From Patescibacteria group bacterium (GTDB taxonomy: Bacteria; Patescibacteriota; Kazan-3B-28): a stretch of DNA of 64,000 bases. Each line of letters opens with the position of its first letter. The first letter of the stretch is position 1. Both the position numbers and the translations under genes were made by a program. The stretch lies in contig JAWKSK010000001.1 of the NCBI GenBank assembly GCA_041389145.1, positions 27,668 through 91,667 of the forward strand, written 5' to 3'. This document shows, piece by piece, positions 21,160-29,242 of the stretch. The notes beneath the pieces are model-generated. The model saw only the letters and a program-made list of their open reading frames with translations. It was not told the DNA's origin and searched no databases.

Positions 21160-21186
21160 TATCTGCTCTGAGAGCAGGTATTTTTA
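21160..21186 (+). terminator. Terminator after 20658-21104
   Basis: CTGCTC-tga-GAGCAG followed by GTATTTTT. Confidence 0.65.
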
Positions 21187-21230
21187 GTATAGGGGTGGAA
21201 GGATTAGAACTAGGAAAGTACACTTAAATC

Positions 21231-21452
21231 ATGAATGATGCGATTTTATTAGATTTGTTTTACAGCAATCCAGTTTTTATTATCGTTAGTGTCCTTGGCC
21301 TACCAATTTTAGGAGCTTACTTACTTTGGTATGGGAAGCGTAAGAAAATAGAAGTAGCTCAAGGATGGGGTAAGTTATTACTACTACTAGGCGGATTGGT
21401 AATCCTAATACATGTATTTACAAGACTTGCTTGGTTAACTGTATTTAGATAG
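21231..21452 (+). CDS. Small 2-TM membrane protein
   Basis: 73 aa, two hydrophobic helices. Confidence 0.55.
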   Translation: MNDAILLDLFYSNPVFIIVSVLGLPILGAYLLWYGKRKKIEVAQGWGKLLLLLGGLVILIHVFTRLAWLTVFR

Positions 21453-21470
21453 AGTTTCTAACTTCCTCAA

Positions 21471-21493
21471 CCAGCCCCAGCCAGTAATTGAAA
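21471..21493. repeat. 23-nt direct repeat, copy 2
   Basis: Identical to 21130-21152. Confidence 0.85.
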
Positions 21494-21499
21494 AGCCCC

Positions 21500-21533
21500 A
21501 CCATATAGGTAGGGCTTGTTGAGCTATGAAACG
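21500..21533 (-). terminator. Terminator after 21539-22456 (family shared with 24017-24050)
   Basis: Minus strand AAGCCCTACC-tatat-GGTGGGGCTT followed by TTC. The single non-WC pair is G-U on the minus strand but C-A on the plus strand. Confidence 0.7.
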
Positions 21534-21538
21534 TACAG

Positions 21539-22456
21539 TTACTTCTGATTCAAGTGGTCAGAAGCAATTCCGATGATAAGGGCCAGATCATCAAGTGTGT
21601 TCGCTGTGCTTGTTTCTCCAGCAGCCCTTTCTCGAACAGCTGCCTCATTGATCTGACTCAAAATACCCCAGTTTGGATCTCTTGCCTTTTTCAGAACAAC
21701 TCTGGATGGGTTATTCTCCATGAGATGGTCCATGAGATCATTCCTAAGATCTCGCATTGAGAATAAACCCGCCTTGAGTTTGAGCACTTCCATCCAACCT
21801 ACGATAATTGGACGATCGATCCTCCATCCCGGAAGGGATTGAGTTAAACTTGATTCGAGTTCCAAGTATCTATCAATTGACTCTATCTGACTGTAAAATT
21901 TATATCCAATCACCCAGTCACTGCATTGACGCATGAGCACCGATGAACCGGCATGCCGATGACGTCTGATAAGTTCCATGATTGCAGATGCCTTATGGCA
22001 CATCATGGACGAAAACGTTCTGTTGCCCCAATATGTGTTGTGGACGTAAGAACCAAATCTCCAGTAGATTTCATTCCCCATACAATTAGGACACATCAGA
22101 TCGTGTTTGATGACTAATGCCATCTCGAACTCATCCGGACTTCCCTTGAACCCACAGGTTTTACACTTGGGATTGCAATGTGCAGGAGAAAGGTAGAATA
22201 TTTCCGGGCGATACGACTCCCCTGCGAAAAGCCCTTGTGCTTCTGTTCGTCGAGGAACTGGTTTGTACTTGACCAAACCTATCGCCTTGAGAAAATCTTC
22301 CTCGTATACATCCTTCATTCTACCCATATCGGCGCGAATAAGGATTAGGGGGTACTGAACATCTTGGCCTCGAAAGTAGTAGTCTTCTGAGAAATCCGGG
22401 CCAAAACACCAGTCTACGCCAAATTTGGGGCGTTCGTGTAAAGGTTCATGGTCCAC
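21539..22456 (-). CDS. Hypothetical zinc-ribbon protein (GC-richer unit)
   Basis: 305 aa; GTG start 6 nt after AAGGAGGTGA; CNPKCKTCGF..CPNCMG cysteine pairs. Confidence 0.75.
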   Translation of the reverse strand: MDHEPLHERPKFGVDWCFGPDFSEDYYFRGQDVQYPLILIRADMGRMKDVYEEDFLKAIGLVKYKPVPRRTEAQGLFAGESYRPEIFYLSPAHCNPKCKTCGFKGSPDEFEMALVIKHDLMCPNCMGNEIYWRFGSYVHNTYWGNRTFSSMMCHKASAIMELIRRHRHAGSSVLMRQCSDWVIGYKFYSQIESIDRYLELESSLTQSLPGWRIDRPIIVGWMEVLKLKAGLFSMRDLRNDLMDHLMENNPSRVVLKKARDPNWGILSQINEAAVRERAAGETSTANTLDDLALIIGIASDHLNQK

Positions 22457-22564
22457 AGTTCACCTCCTTAGGATGAGCTATCAGAATAAAAAACCAGATA
22501 ATCTCTTTTAGCATAGATATTTTTCTCTGTCTATAGGTAAGATATGATTTTTTCTAGTCTAGGA

Positions 22565-22593
22565 TTGACAAATCCTAACTTTTAACCTATAGT
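22565..22593 (+). promoter_or_regulatory. Promoter for the DEAD-box helicase
   Basis: TTGACA-N17-TATAGT. Confidence 0.6.
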
Positions 22594-22724
22594 ATTACCA
22601 CTTGCCTACTAGTTAGGTAACGGATGAATGCCGAGTTCATAGGAATTGCATAGTGCAATTTGTAACCAACATAATCTCGCTATTCATATGTCGAGGTTAT
22701 ATTCCTATAGAACGTAAGGTATTT

Positions 22725-23996
22725 ATGCGTAGATCATTTTCTAGTAGAAGAACAAATAGCAGTGGGGGTTATCGTGGTAGATCTAATTCAGGTCGGCCAG
22801 CTTTTAGAGGTAGTGCAACACCTAGAAGAGGTGGTGGAAGAAGTAGAAAACCAGCCCATAGAGGTGCATACATCAATCCGGCTAAGTACGTAAACAAGAT
22901 AGACAGCGCTAGAGTTGAAGATGTGTTTACTCCAAAACATAGATTTGAAGAGTTTGGGTTTAGCGACAAGTTGGTTAGAAACCTACTGGATAAAGGATAT
23001 GCAAATCCAACTCCGATTCAGGACGAAGCCATTCTACCTATTAAGGAAGGTAGAGATTTAATTGGGTTAGCAAATACTGGTACTGGTAAAACAGCTGCTT
23101 TCTTGTTACCAATTATTCATCAATTACAAACCAAACCTGCCAGAGAAGCAGTGTTAATTATTGCTCCCACTAGAGAGTTAGCAGGTCAGATTATTGATGA
23201 GTTTAGAATGTTTACCAAAGGACTCAACTTATCTGCAACCCTAATTGTTGGTGGCTCTCCTATGAAAAGACAGGTCCTGGCGTTGAAGAAACAACCAAAT
23301 GTCATCATTGGGACACCTGGAAGATTAAAAGATCTGGCTAACCAAAAGAAGATGTATCTGGGAAACATCAGAACATTTGTACTTGATGAAGCAGATCACA
23401 TGATGGATATGGGATTCTTGCCTGATGTTAGATTTATCATGGATCAGATTCCAACCAGACGTCAGTCACTTTGCTTTACCGCCACCTTGCCTAATGAAGT
23501 AGAGAAACTGATGAGAGATCTGTTATCTGACCCAGTTACCGTGTCAGTAAAAACTGGTAACACTAGCGACAACGTGGATCAAGATGTATTGTATGCCAAT
23601 AATGCAACAGAAAAAATTGACCAGTTAATTGAACTATTCGCTAAAGAAGATTTCTCTAAAATCTTAATCTTTGGAAAGACTAAACATGGTGTTCAAAGAC
23701 TGTCTGATGATTTGAGAAAAGCTGGCCTTAGGTCTGAAGCTATTCATGGAAATAAATCTCAAGCCCAGCGACAGAGAGCTTTAGACAACTTTAAGAAAGA
23801 TAGATCTAATATCTTAGTAGCTACTGATGTGGCAGCGAGAGGAATAGATGTGCCAAGCGTTAGTCATGTAATTAACTTTGACCAACCTAGTTCATATGAA
23901 GACTACATTCATAGAATTGGAAGAACTGGACGTGCAGGAAAATTGGGCAAGGCCTTAACCTTTGTTCCTATTGGAACTAAGATTGAACCTAATTAA
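22725..23996 (+). CDS. DEAD-box ATP-dependent RNA helicase with an R/G-rich N-terminal tail
   Basis: Q-motif PTPIQ, Walker A ANTGTGKT, VLDEADHM (DEAD), TAT (SAT position), HRIGRTGRAG. The ATG at 22725 is preferred over the GTG at 22653. Confidence 0.93.
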   Translation: MRRSFSSRRTNSSGGYRGRSNSGRPAFRGSATPRRGGGRSRKPAHRGAYINPAKYVNKIDSARVEDVFTPKHRFEEFGFSDKLVRNLLDKGYANPTPIQDEAILPIKEGRDLIGLANTGTGKTAAFLLPIIHQLQTKPAREAVLIIAPTRELAGQIIDEFRMFTKGLNLSATLIVGGSPMKRQVLALKKQPNVIIGTPGRLKDLANQKKMYLGNIRTFVLDEADHMMDMGFLPDVRFIMDQIPTRRQSLCFTATLPNEVEKLMRDLLSDPVTVSVKTGNTSDNVDQDVLYANNATEKIDQLIELFAKEDFSKILIFGKTKHGVQRLSDDLRKAGLRSEAIHGNKSQAQRQRALDNFKKDRSNILVATDVAARGIDVPSVSHVINFDQPSSYEDYIHRIGRTGRAGKLGKALTFVPIGTKIEPN

Positions 23997-24016
23997 TATT
24001 TAGAAAAATTAGGTTG

Positions 24017-24050
24017 AGAAAAGCCCCCGCATATAGCGAGGGCTTGTTGA
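24017..24050 (-). terminator. Terminator after 24068-25189, homologous to 21500-21533
   Basis: Minus strand AAGCCCTCGC-tatat-GCGGGGGCTT followed by TTTC. Two compensatory base-pair changes relative to the other copy. Confidence 0.7.
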
Positions 24051-24067
24051 GTTGTGAGTTGTTGAGA

Positions 24068-25189
24068 TTAGGTTCTAGGACCTCCATTCATGCACTGCTT
24101 CAGAGCATCCAGGATGCCGTCTTCAACTACTCCGGTCTCCTCCAGGTTGACCAGAGGGGTAAGCTCGGGGTCCTTCTCGGCGAGGAATTCGAGGAGACGA
24201 ACCTTGATATCTTTGAGCTGGTCAGAGATTTCATCCAACTTCTCATGCTCGAAGCGTGAGAGTTCCTGGCGAGTGTAGTCGATCCTCCTGAACTCTTCGC
24301 AGAGCTTGTAGGGCTCACCGCGAGTGTCAGTGAACATTTCCGCGAGTCGCCGGACCTTCTGGAATACCTCATTCGCAGCAAGGTACAGCTTGCGGAAGGC
24401 ATCAAGCTCCGAATGATCTTTTACCACGACCTTGAAGTGTCGTGTGGATTTGTAATCGACCTGAACCACCCGCTGCTCCACCACTTCCCTCAGCTCTGGA
24501 TCGTAGCAGAGGTAGGGGTCCCTACCTGATACCTGAACCCGGTCACTGAGAGTGGAGAGGGTTTCTCCTGAAATGCGAGTAGCGAACTTGATGAACGCAT
24601 ACTCGCGGTTGTTAACCTCGAAGTTGGTCGCTTCACCGATGACCATGTCACTCCCTGCCATCGGTGCATCGAACCCTAGACCAATTTCGTCCAGGTAGTA
24701 ATAGCCTCCGTAGCTGGGCTTCACAACCCCCGGAGTGCATATACAGAACGACGACTTGATCTGTTCGTCGAGGTAGAAAATGTCCTTCAGACCCCCGACG
24801 AGAACAGGTAACAGGTCTGCCGTGGTAGCCACGGAATCGTTGCCCACCTTGTAGTACCCCATCAGGGGAACCACCAGACCGTCAATCCATCTCAAGGTGC
24901 TGAGGTCAACCTCAACGCTCTCGAACCTGAATTCACTGCTCTGCCCAATCCAGAAACGATAGATCTCCATAAAGAAGATCAGTTCTGAGAAGTGGGTGTT
25001 GACGTCGTAGCCGATCTCTACCGCTATTCTGCGGAATCTAGCGCCCTTACGGACGATAGTCTTGGTGGAACGCATGATGACAGCCATGACAATGGCCTCA
25101 AATCCAGCGTTGTGCTTGATTCCAACCTCAATCATCCTGATGAGTCTAGGAGTCAGTACATCCTTAGGATTAAAGGATCTTGAAGACAT
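24068..25189 (-). CDS. Hypothetical protein (GC-richer unit)
   Basis: 373 aa; SD GGAGGTGG; own promoter and terminator; no recognisable motif. Confidence 0.75.
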   Translation of the reverse strand: MSSRSFNPKDVLTPRLIRMIEVGIKHNAGFEAIVMAVIMRSTKTIVRKGARFRRIAVEIGYDVNTHFSELIFFMEIYRFWIGQSSEFRFESVEVDLSTLRWIDGLVVPLMGYYKVGNDSVATTADLLPVLVGGLKDIFYLDEQIKSSFCICTPGVVKPSYGGYYYLDEIGLGFDAPMAGSDMVIGEATNFEVNNREYAFIKFATRISGETLSTLSDRVQVSGRDPYLCYDPELREVVEQRVVQVDYKSTRHFKVVVKDHSELDAFRKLYLAANEVFQKVRRLAEMFTDTRGEPYKLCEEFRRIDYTRQELSRFEHEKLDEISDQLKDIKVRLLEFLAEKDPELTPLVNLEETGVVEDGILDALKQCMNGGPRT

Positions 25190-25295
25190 AATCCACCTCC
25201 GAAATCTGGACCAGATAGGCCCAGGTGAGATTACTGATACTCACAACAAATTATATGGGTGCATCCTCGATGTTTTGGATTTGAGGATTCAAATA

Positions 25296-25324
25296 AGTGT
25301 ATAACAGTTTTACATTTTTGTCAA
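25296..25324 (-). promoter_or_regulatory. Promoter for 24068-25189
   Basis: Minus strand TTGACA-N17-TACACT, preceded by the mini-hairpin GCTC-tca-GAGC and a T-rich tract. Confidence 0.6.
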
Positions 25325-25371
25325 TAAAATACGCTCTGAGAGCCTATTTTATATGATATACAATTCTGTTA

Positions 25372-26508
25372 CTAACTCCTTCCGAGCGAATGGCGGTATA
25401 TTTCTTCTACCTCCTTAGCCATATTCTTGGCCGAAAACTTTCGAAGAGTTTCTGCGTAATGACTAACAATCTTCTTCTGAAGCTTCTTATCATTTAGGAG
25501 CTTTAGCATGGTAGCGCTAAGGTTTTTAACGTTCCCTGATTCAAATAGTAGTCCATTGTAGTTATCGGTGATTATTTCTGGGATACCCCCTACCCGACTA
25601 GCAATAATTGGGACTTGTGCCCGCATGGCTTCAAGGATAGATATTCCAAAGGCTTCAGAACGGGATGGAAGGATAAATAGATCCATACTAAATAGAGCTG
25701 TGTTTACATCTGCCAATGCACCTGCAAATCTCACTGAATCTTTTATATCAAGTTTTTTAACAAGGTTTTGAAGTTCTCTCAGTCGCTCCCCTTTTCCAAT
25801 AATCAGTAGTTTAGTGTTGGGCCATTTGGTGTGCATGTTGGCAAAAGCTTTTATAAGTACATCGGTATCCTTTTGTTTGTTTAAAGACCCAATGGTACCA
25901 ACTAGTAGATCCCTTGGTGATACATCCAAACTGGCACGATACTTTTTGATTGCTACTTCACTTGGCTTGGACTTGAGTGAATCAATTCCATTGTGAATAA
26001 TTGAAACTTTATCTGGTTTAGTGATACCTGAGCTGACCAAGAAAGTTCTTACAGAATCACTAACTGCAATAGTGTGATTGGTGAGACGATCCAACACTTT
26101 CATTGCCCGTAGATGAGTCCAGTGGAGAACGGGATTATTGAGTTTAAAGTTATCAGTATAGGTGTGTTCGGTATGGATATTGATTAAAGACAATCCACGG
26201 CTTGCTACTCTCCCCAATAAACCTGCTCTTTGACCATGAGTGTGGACAATATCTGGTTCATACTTTTGTAATAGTTTATGAATCGCTGAAGAAGCAGAGA
26301 GATCCGTCATCCCTTGCATGGGAACGGTGAATACTGGCACTTTCAGCTTCTTTAGCTCATCAACTAAATCGCCTTCGGGAAGGATAACAGAAACAACAAA
26401 CTGAGAACGGTCGATATGCGATAACAGAGCCAATAAATGTCTTGGGGCGCCGGTTAAAGAGCTGTCGGCGATGATTTCAAATACACTGATTTTAGATGTT
26501 CTTGGCAT
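25372..26508 (-). CDS. GT4-family glycosyltransferase
   Basis: 379 aa from the ATG at 26508 (MPRTSKISVFEII..). C-terminal E..FGISILEAMRAQVPIIASRVGGIPEII motif. The upstream 107 codons of the ORF overlap the neighbouring gene. Confidence 0.88.
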   Translation of the reverse strand: MPRTSKISVFEIIADSSLTGAPRHLLALLSHIDRSQFVVSVILPEGDLVDELKKLKVPVFTVPMQGMTDLSASSAIHKLLQKYEPDIVHTHGQRAGLLGRVASRGLSLINIHTEHTYTDNFKLNNPVLHWTHLRAMKVLDRLTNHTIAVSDSVRTFLVSSGITKPDKVSIIHNGIDSLKSKPSEVAIKKYRASLDVSPRDLLVGTIGSLNKQKDTDVLIKAFANMHTKWPNTKLLIIGKGERLRELQNLVKKLDIKDSVRFAGALADVNTALFSMDLFILPSRSEAFGISILEAMRAQVPIIASRVGGIPEIITDNYNGLLFESGNVKNLSATMLKLLNDKKLQKKIVSHYAETLRKFSAKNMAKEVEEIYRHSLGRS

Positions 26509-26527
26509 GACTTCATTATAACATTTT

Positions 26528-26557
26528 GAAAATAAAAAACGGCCCAGAAACTGAGCC
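26528..26557 (-). terminator. Terminator after 26582-26893
   Basis: Minus strand GGCTCAG-ttt-CTGGGCC followed by GTTTTTTATTTT. The wobble pair is valid only on the minus strand. Confidence 0.75.
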
Positions 26558-26581
26558 ATTTGGAATGGATTAGACCGGTGC

Positions 26582-26893
26582 CTAACCAGGGCAGATTCGT
26601 GGGAGAAACCGACTGAAGCGGCCAGGTTCTTTGCTGCTATCAGCATCCCTCTCCTTCTGGTATTTATCACGGGGTTTACCGCTCCCAAAAATGCGAGAAT
26701 CCTCATGGATTCTTGTGATACAGTCTGGAATTGGATTGAGCCCATCAAAGGGAACGAATTCGATGATAACACAACCAGTCTCGTTGCAGTAACCACACGG
26801 AAATCCAAAATGATCAGGGAATGATCCATCTTGTGTTATTCCTGTACCGTTGCATTTGAAACACACAGCACTGACAGTGCGGGTTCGATACAT
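26582..26893 (-). CDS. Small DnaJ-type zinc-finger-like protein (array module 5)
   Basis: 103 aa; CFKCNGTG (CxxCxGxG) and CGYCNETG; SD GGAGGG. Confidence 0.7.
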   Translation of the reverse strand: MYRTRTVSAVCFKCNGTGITQDGSFPDHFGFPCGYCNETGCVIIEFVPFDGLNPIPDCITRIHEDSRIFGSGKPRDKYQKERDADSSKEPGRFSRFLPRICPG

Positions 26894-26963
26894 ATTGCCC
26901 TCCAGGGTTCATTGATATCTGAATGTCAGACCACCTGGGTATATCCTCAGGAATTCAGGGGAA

Positions 26964-26992
26964 GTATATGGCTTGATGTGGCAAAATGTCAA
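26964..26992 (-). promoter_or_regulatory. Promoter for 26582-26893
   Basis: Minus strand TTGACA-N17-ATATAC. Confidence 0.55.
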
Positions 26993-27071
26993 ATCTAGTA
27001 TAGAAAAAACGCCCATTCCTTGATGCAATCGCAGTTTGGGCATTAGTGTTTCTGACAGGAAGTCTGGGATG

Positions 27072-27419
27072 TTAGTCGCAAGGCGGACAGCAAGGAAGTG
27101 TGACGGGTTCGTAGAAAGAATCACCATCATATTTTCCTTTATCACGACCCTCCCAATCCAAATTTTCTTTCATTCTCCGATTTATGTCCCCACAAAGCAG
27201 GCGGACATTGTTGGCACCGTACTTGTCCGAGAGTTCCTCAAGAGTGCAACCCATCAGTTGATCCATCTGCATGCGATCGACCATATTGATGTCAGGTATA
27301 TTGTCGACCATTTCTCGGTTAATGATACCTGATTTCATCAACGACTCGATAATACCGTTAGGGATAAATTCCACCTTTTCATCTTTGTTTAAACGAAGTT
27401 GCCTATCATAATCGATCAC
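27072..27419 (-). CDS. Small protein with a sigma70-region-4-like HTH pattern (array module 4)
   Basis: 115 aa; GTG start 7 nt after TAGGAGG. CTLEELSDKYGANNVRLLCGDINRRMKE parallels TLEEIG..FGVTRERIRQIE.KA. Cys-rich C-terminus LPCCPPCD. Confidence 0.65.
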   Translation of the reverse strand: MIDYDRQLRLNKDEKVEFIPNGIIESLMKSGIINREMVDNIPDINMVDRMQMDQLMGCTLEELSDKYGANNVRLLCGDINRRMKENLDWEGRDKGKYDGDSFYEPVTLPCCPPCD

Positions 27420-27507
27420 GTGATCACCTCCTAATGTACATTCTCAGATTGCTGAGTATCCTACTTCTTACGAAGTGACCTGCCGAGGTCGGTCAGGAAT
27501 TAGGCCT

Positions 27508-27537
27508 ATACTACCTTCAAAATACCGTGGGTGTCAA
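27508..27537 (-). promoter_or_regulatory. Promoter for 27072-27419
   Basis: Minus strand TTGACA-N18-TAGTAT, with the mini-hairpin CTCCT-ttac-AGGAG plus an AT tract just upstream. Confidence 0.6.
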
Positions 27538-27570
27538 ATTAAAATTAGCTCCTGTAAAGGAGATTTAGCT

Positions 27571-27608
27571 GGTGGCATCTTAGATGAGGTTGGAACTTAT
27601 CTAAGAGA
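27571..27608. repeat. Array spacer repeat, copy A (variant)
   Basis: GGTGG--CATCTTAGATGAGGTTGGAACTTATCTAAGAG; the palindrome core is 27579-27605. Confidence 0.9.
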
Positions 27609-27615
27609 GTTTGGG

Positions 27616-27669
27616 TATAAAAATAACCTCCTGGCATCTACCCGTATTTCAGGGTGACACCGGGAGGTT
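27616..27669 (-). terminator. Terminator after 27694-28089
   Basis: Minus strand AACCTCCCGG..(25-nt loop)..CCAGGAGGTT followed by ATTTTTATA. Confidence 0.65.
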
Positions 27670-27693
27670 TCTTCTGAATGCGATCCCTTCGGT

Positions 27694-28089
27694 TTAGACG
27701 AGCTCACACATCGCTTGGAAGAGGATCTGTTTGATCTGCTTACCCTTAGCACCAGAGTAAGCCTTTCCCAGTTCCTTGAGAGAAGGGGGCGGACTCAGTT
27801 TGGTAAGGCGGGCAGACAGAGCTGTTACCTCTCTGTCGGCTTCTTCGTATGCCTCAAACGCATAGATGAGGTCTTCTAGGTTGGTTGCTGAATTAGCAAG
27901 TTCACCTATTACCAAGATGAAGTCTTCATCCTTCTTGTCCCACTCCAAGTACAGATCCTTCCAGCTGGAAAAACCGTTTATACCGGGAAAATCCTTAGGC
28001 AAGTACTCGTGTGTGGCGAAGTAGAGCTTGACCGCAGTTGCTACTCCGACTGCTGCCACAGTAACTTCTGGATTATTACGTTCTGACAT
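27694..28089 (-). CDS. Hypothetical protein (array module 3)
   Basis: 131 aa; SD AAGGAG 5 nt before the ATG; own promoter and terminator. Confidence 0.7.
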   Translation of the reverse strand: MSERNNPEVTVAAVGVATAVKLYFATHEYLPKDFPGINGFSSWKDLYLEWDKKDEDFILVIGELANSATNLEDLIYAFEAYEEADREVTALSARLTKLSPPPSLKELGKAYSGAKGKQIKQILFQAMCELV

Positions 28090-28145
28090 CCATACTCCTT
28101 TATAAAGAACTCCACAGAGCCCCTTGTGGTAAATTGACTAGGTAT

Positions 28146-28175
28146 ATAGTAGTTCCAAATATCCGCAAGTGTCAA
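28146..28175 (-). promoter_or_regulatory. Promoter for 27694-28089
   Basis: Minus strand TTGACA-N18-TACTAT. Confidence 0.6.
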
Positions 28176-28208
28176 ATAAAAATATAGTCTCACAAAGGTG
28201 ATTTAGCT

Positions 28209-28250
28209 GGTGGAGCATCTTAGATGAAGTTGGAACTTATCTAAGAGTGA
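28209..28250. repeat. Array spacer repeat, copy B
   Basis: GGTGGAGCATCTTAGATGAAGTTGGAACTTATCTAAGAGTGA; palindrome core 28219-28245; identical to copy C. Confidence 0.95.
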
Positions 28251-28262
28251 ATAGGTTAGATT

Positions 28263-28297
28263 TTAAAATAAAAAAGGTCGGAATTTCACCGACCTTT
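28263..28297 (-). terminator. Terminator after 28336-29058
   Basis: Minus strand AAAGGTCGG-tgaaatt-CCGACCTTT followed by TTTATTTTAAAA. Confidence 0.85.
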
Positions 28298-28335
28298 GCC
28301 CTATGATCCGGGCGGAATTGTTATCAGGGGAAACT

Positions 28336-29058
28336 TCAGTTAACCTCAAGACGAACCAAAAAGGGGTCCTCCTGGAAGGGGAAACCTTGATTGTATGCGA
28401 TTACGTAGTTACCAGGCGTAACCCACAGAGTAGATGTGCCGAGATACCCTTTATCGTGATGCTCTCTCTCGTAATCAGGAACGGCGTGGAACTTAGCGTA
28501 GACCCCACTTGGTCGTCCTGACTCATCCTCTCGAAAGATGATGGCACAGGAGTTGTTGCTGTAGGCCAAGTTATCCACTGTCGAGAAGCCATTGAAGTAG
28601 AAGGTCAACAGACAGCCTCTGACCTCTACTGTGGGGACCTTCTCAATATCATAGCTGAAGTCCCACATTGAGATCCAGCTTGCCATCTGATCTGCTCTCT
28701 CCAGGTCTTCGTTAAGGCTGGGGAGCCTTGTGATTGTGGTCTGGGGATAAGAAGAGCAGATGTAAACGTCCGGGAACAAGTCCGAAATGAGACCTAGACC
28801 TGACAGCACCTCCACAACCATTGGGTCCTGTTGTTCGATTGTCTGATCGACGTAAAGCCAGGGTGGGGTTGGTGGGTATCTGTAGAGATCCCAGAACTTC
28901 TCGTAGTCCAACTGATCACTCTTGTTTGTGATAGTAAGACTGAAATTCAGGAGATCGCCCCCGTCTCCCTCTTCTTCGGCTGAAGCCACGGAGGTGCAGA
29001 GGGGAATGCTGAGCATAGCAAGCAGCAACCACAGTGCCACTCTAACGATGTGTTTCAT
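28336..29058 (-). CDS. Secreted hypothetical protein (array module 2)
   Basis: 240 aa from the ATG at 29058 (SD GGGAG). Signal peptide MKHIVRVALWLLLAMLSIPLCTSVASA. The ORF-track start at 29082 lacks an SD. Confidence 0.75.
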   Translation of the reverse strand: MKHIVRVALWLLLAMLSIPLCTSVASAEEEGDGGDLLNFSLTITNKSDQLDYEKFWDLYRYPPTPPWLYVDQTIEQQDPMVVEVLSGLGLISDLFPDVYICSSYPQTTITRLPSLNEDLERADQMASWISMWDFSYDIEKVPTVEVRGCLLTFYFNGFSTVDNLAYSNNSCAIIFREDESGRPSGVYAKFHAVPDYEREHHDKGYLGTSTLWVTPGNYVIAYNQGFPFQEDPFLVRLEVN

Positions 29059-29135
29059 AGTTTTCTCCCTGTAGAAGAGCATTGTTGCTTAGAAAGGACT
29101 AAGCCACCCGTATTTTGGATTTCGGGAATTAATTA

Positions 29136-29164
29136 TATATTACTTTTATTTACTAAAAAGTCAA
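29136..29164 (-). promoter_or_regulatory. Promoter for 28336-29058
   Basis: Minus strand TTGACT-N17-AATATA. Confidence 0.5.
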
Positions 29165-29183
29165 TCCAGGACTGTATTTATAT

Positions 29184-29225
29184 GGTGGAGCATCTTAGAT
29201 GAAGTTGGAACTTATCTAAGAGTGA
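29184..29225. repeat. Array spacer repeat, copy C
   Basis: Identical 42 nt to copy B; palindrome core 29194-29220. Flanking AGTGAAyAGGTTwGATTTTA is also shared with B. Confidence 0.95.
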
Positions 29226-29242
29226 ACAGGTTTGATTTTAGT

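Noticed and set aside
26509-26829. N-terminal 107-codon extension of the GT4 ORF (25372-26829), overlapping the zinc-finger gene.
   Set aside because: The extension runs through a terminator and the neighbouring gene. Glycosyltransferase homology begins at MPRTSKISVFEII (ATG at 26508), which has a TATAAT just upstream.
26909-27145. 78-aa ORF between the zinc-finger and HTH genes. Similar ORFs lie at 14125-14346, 15197-15448 and 19040-19228.
   Set aside because: They span promoters, terminators, UTRs or pseudogene fragments, lack SDs and give implausible peptides.
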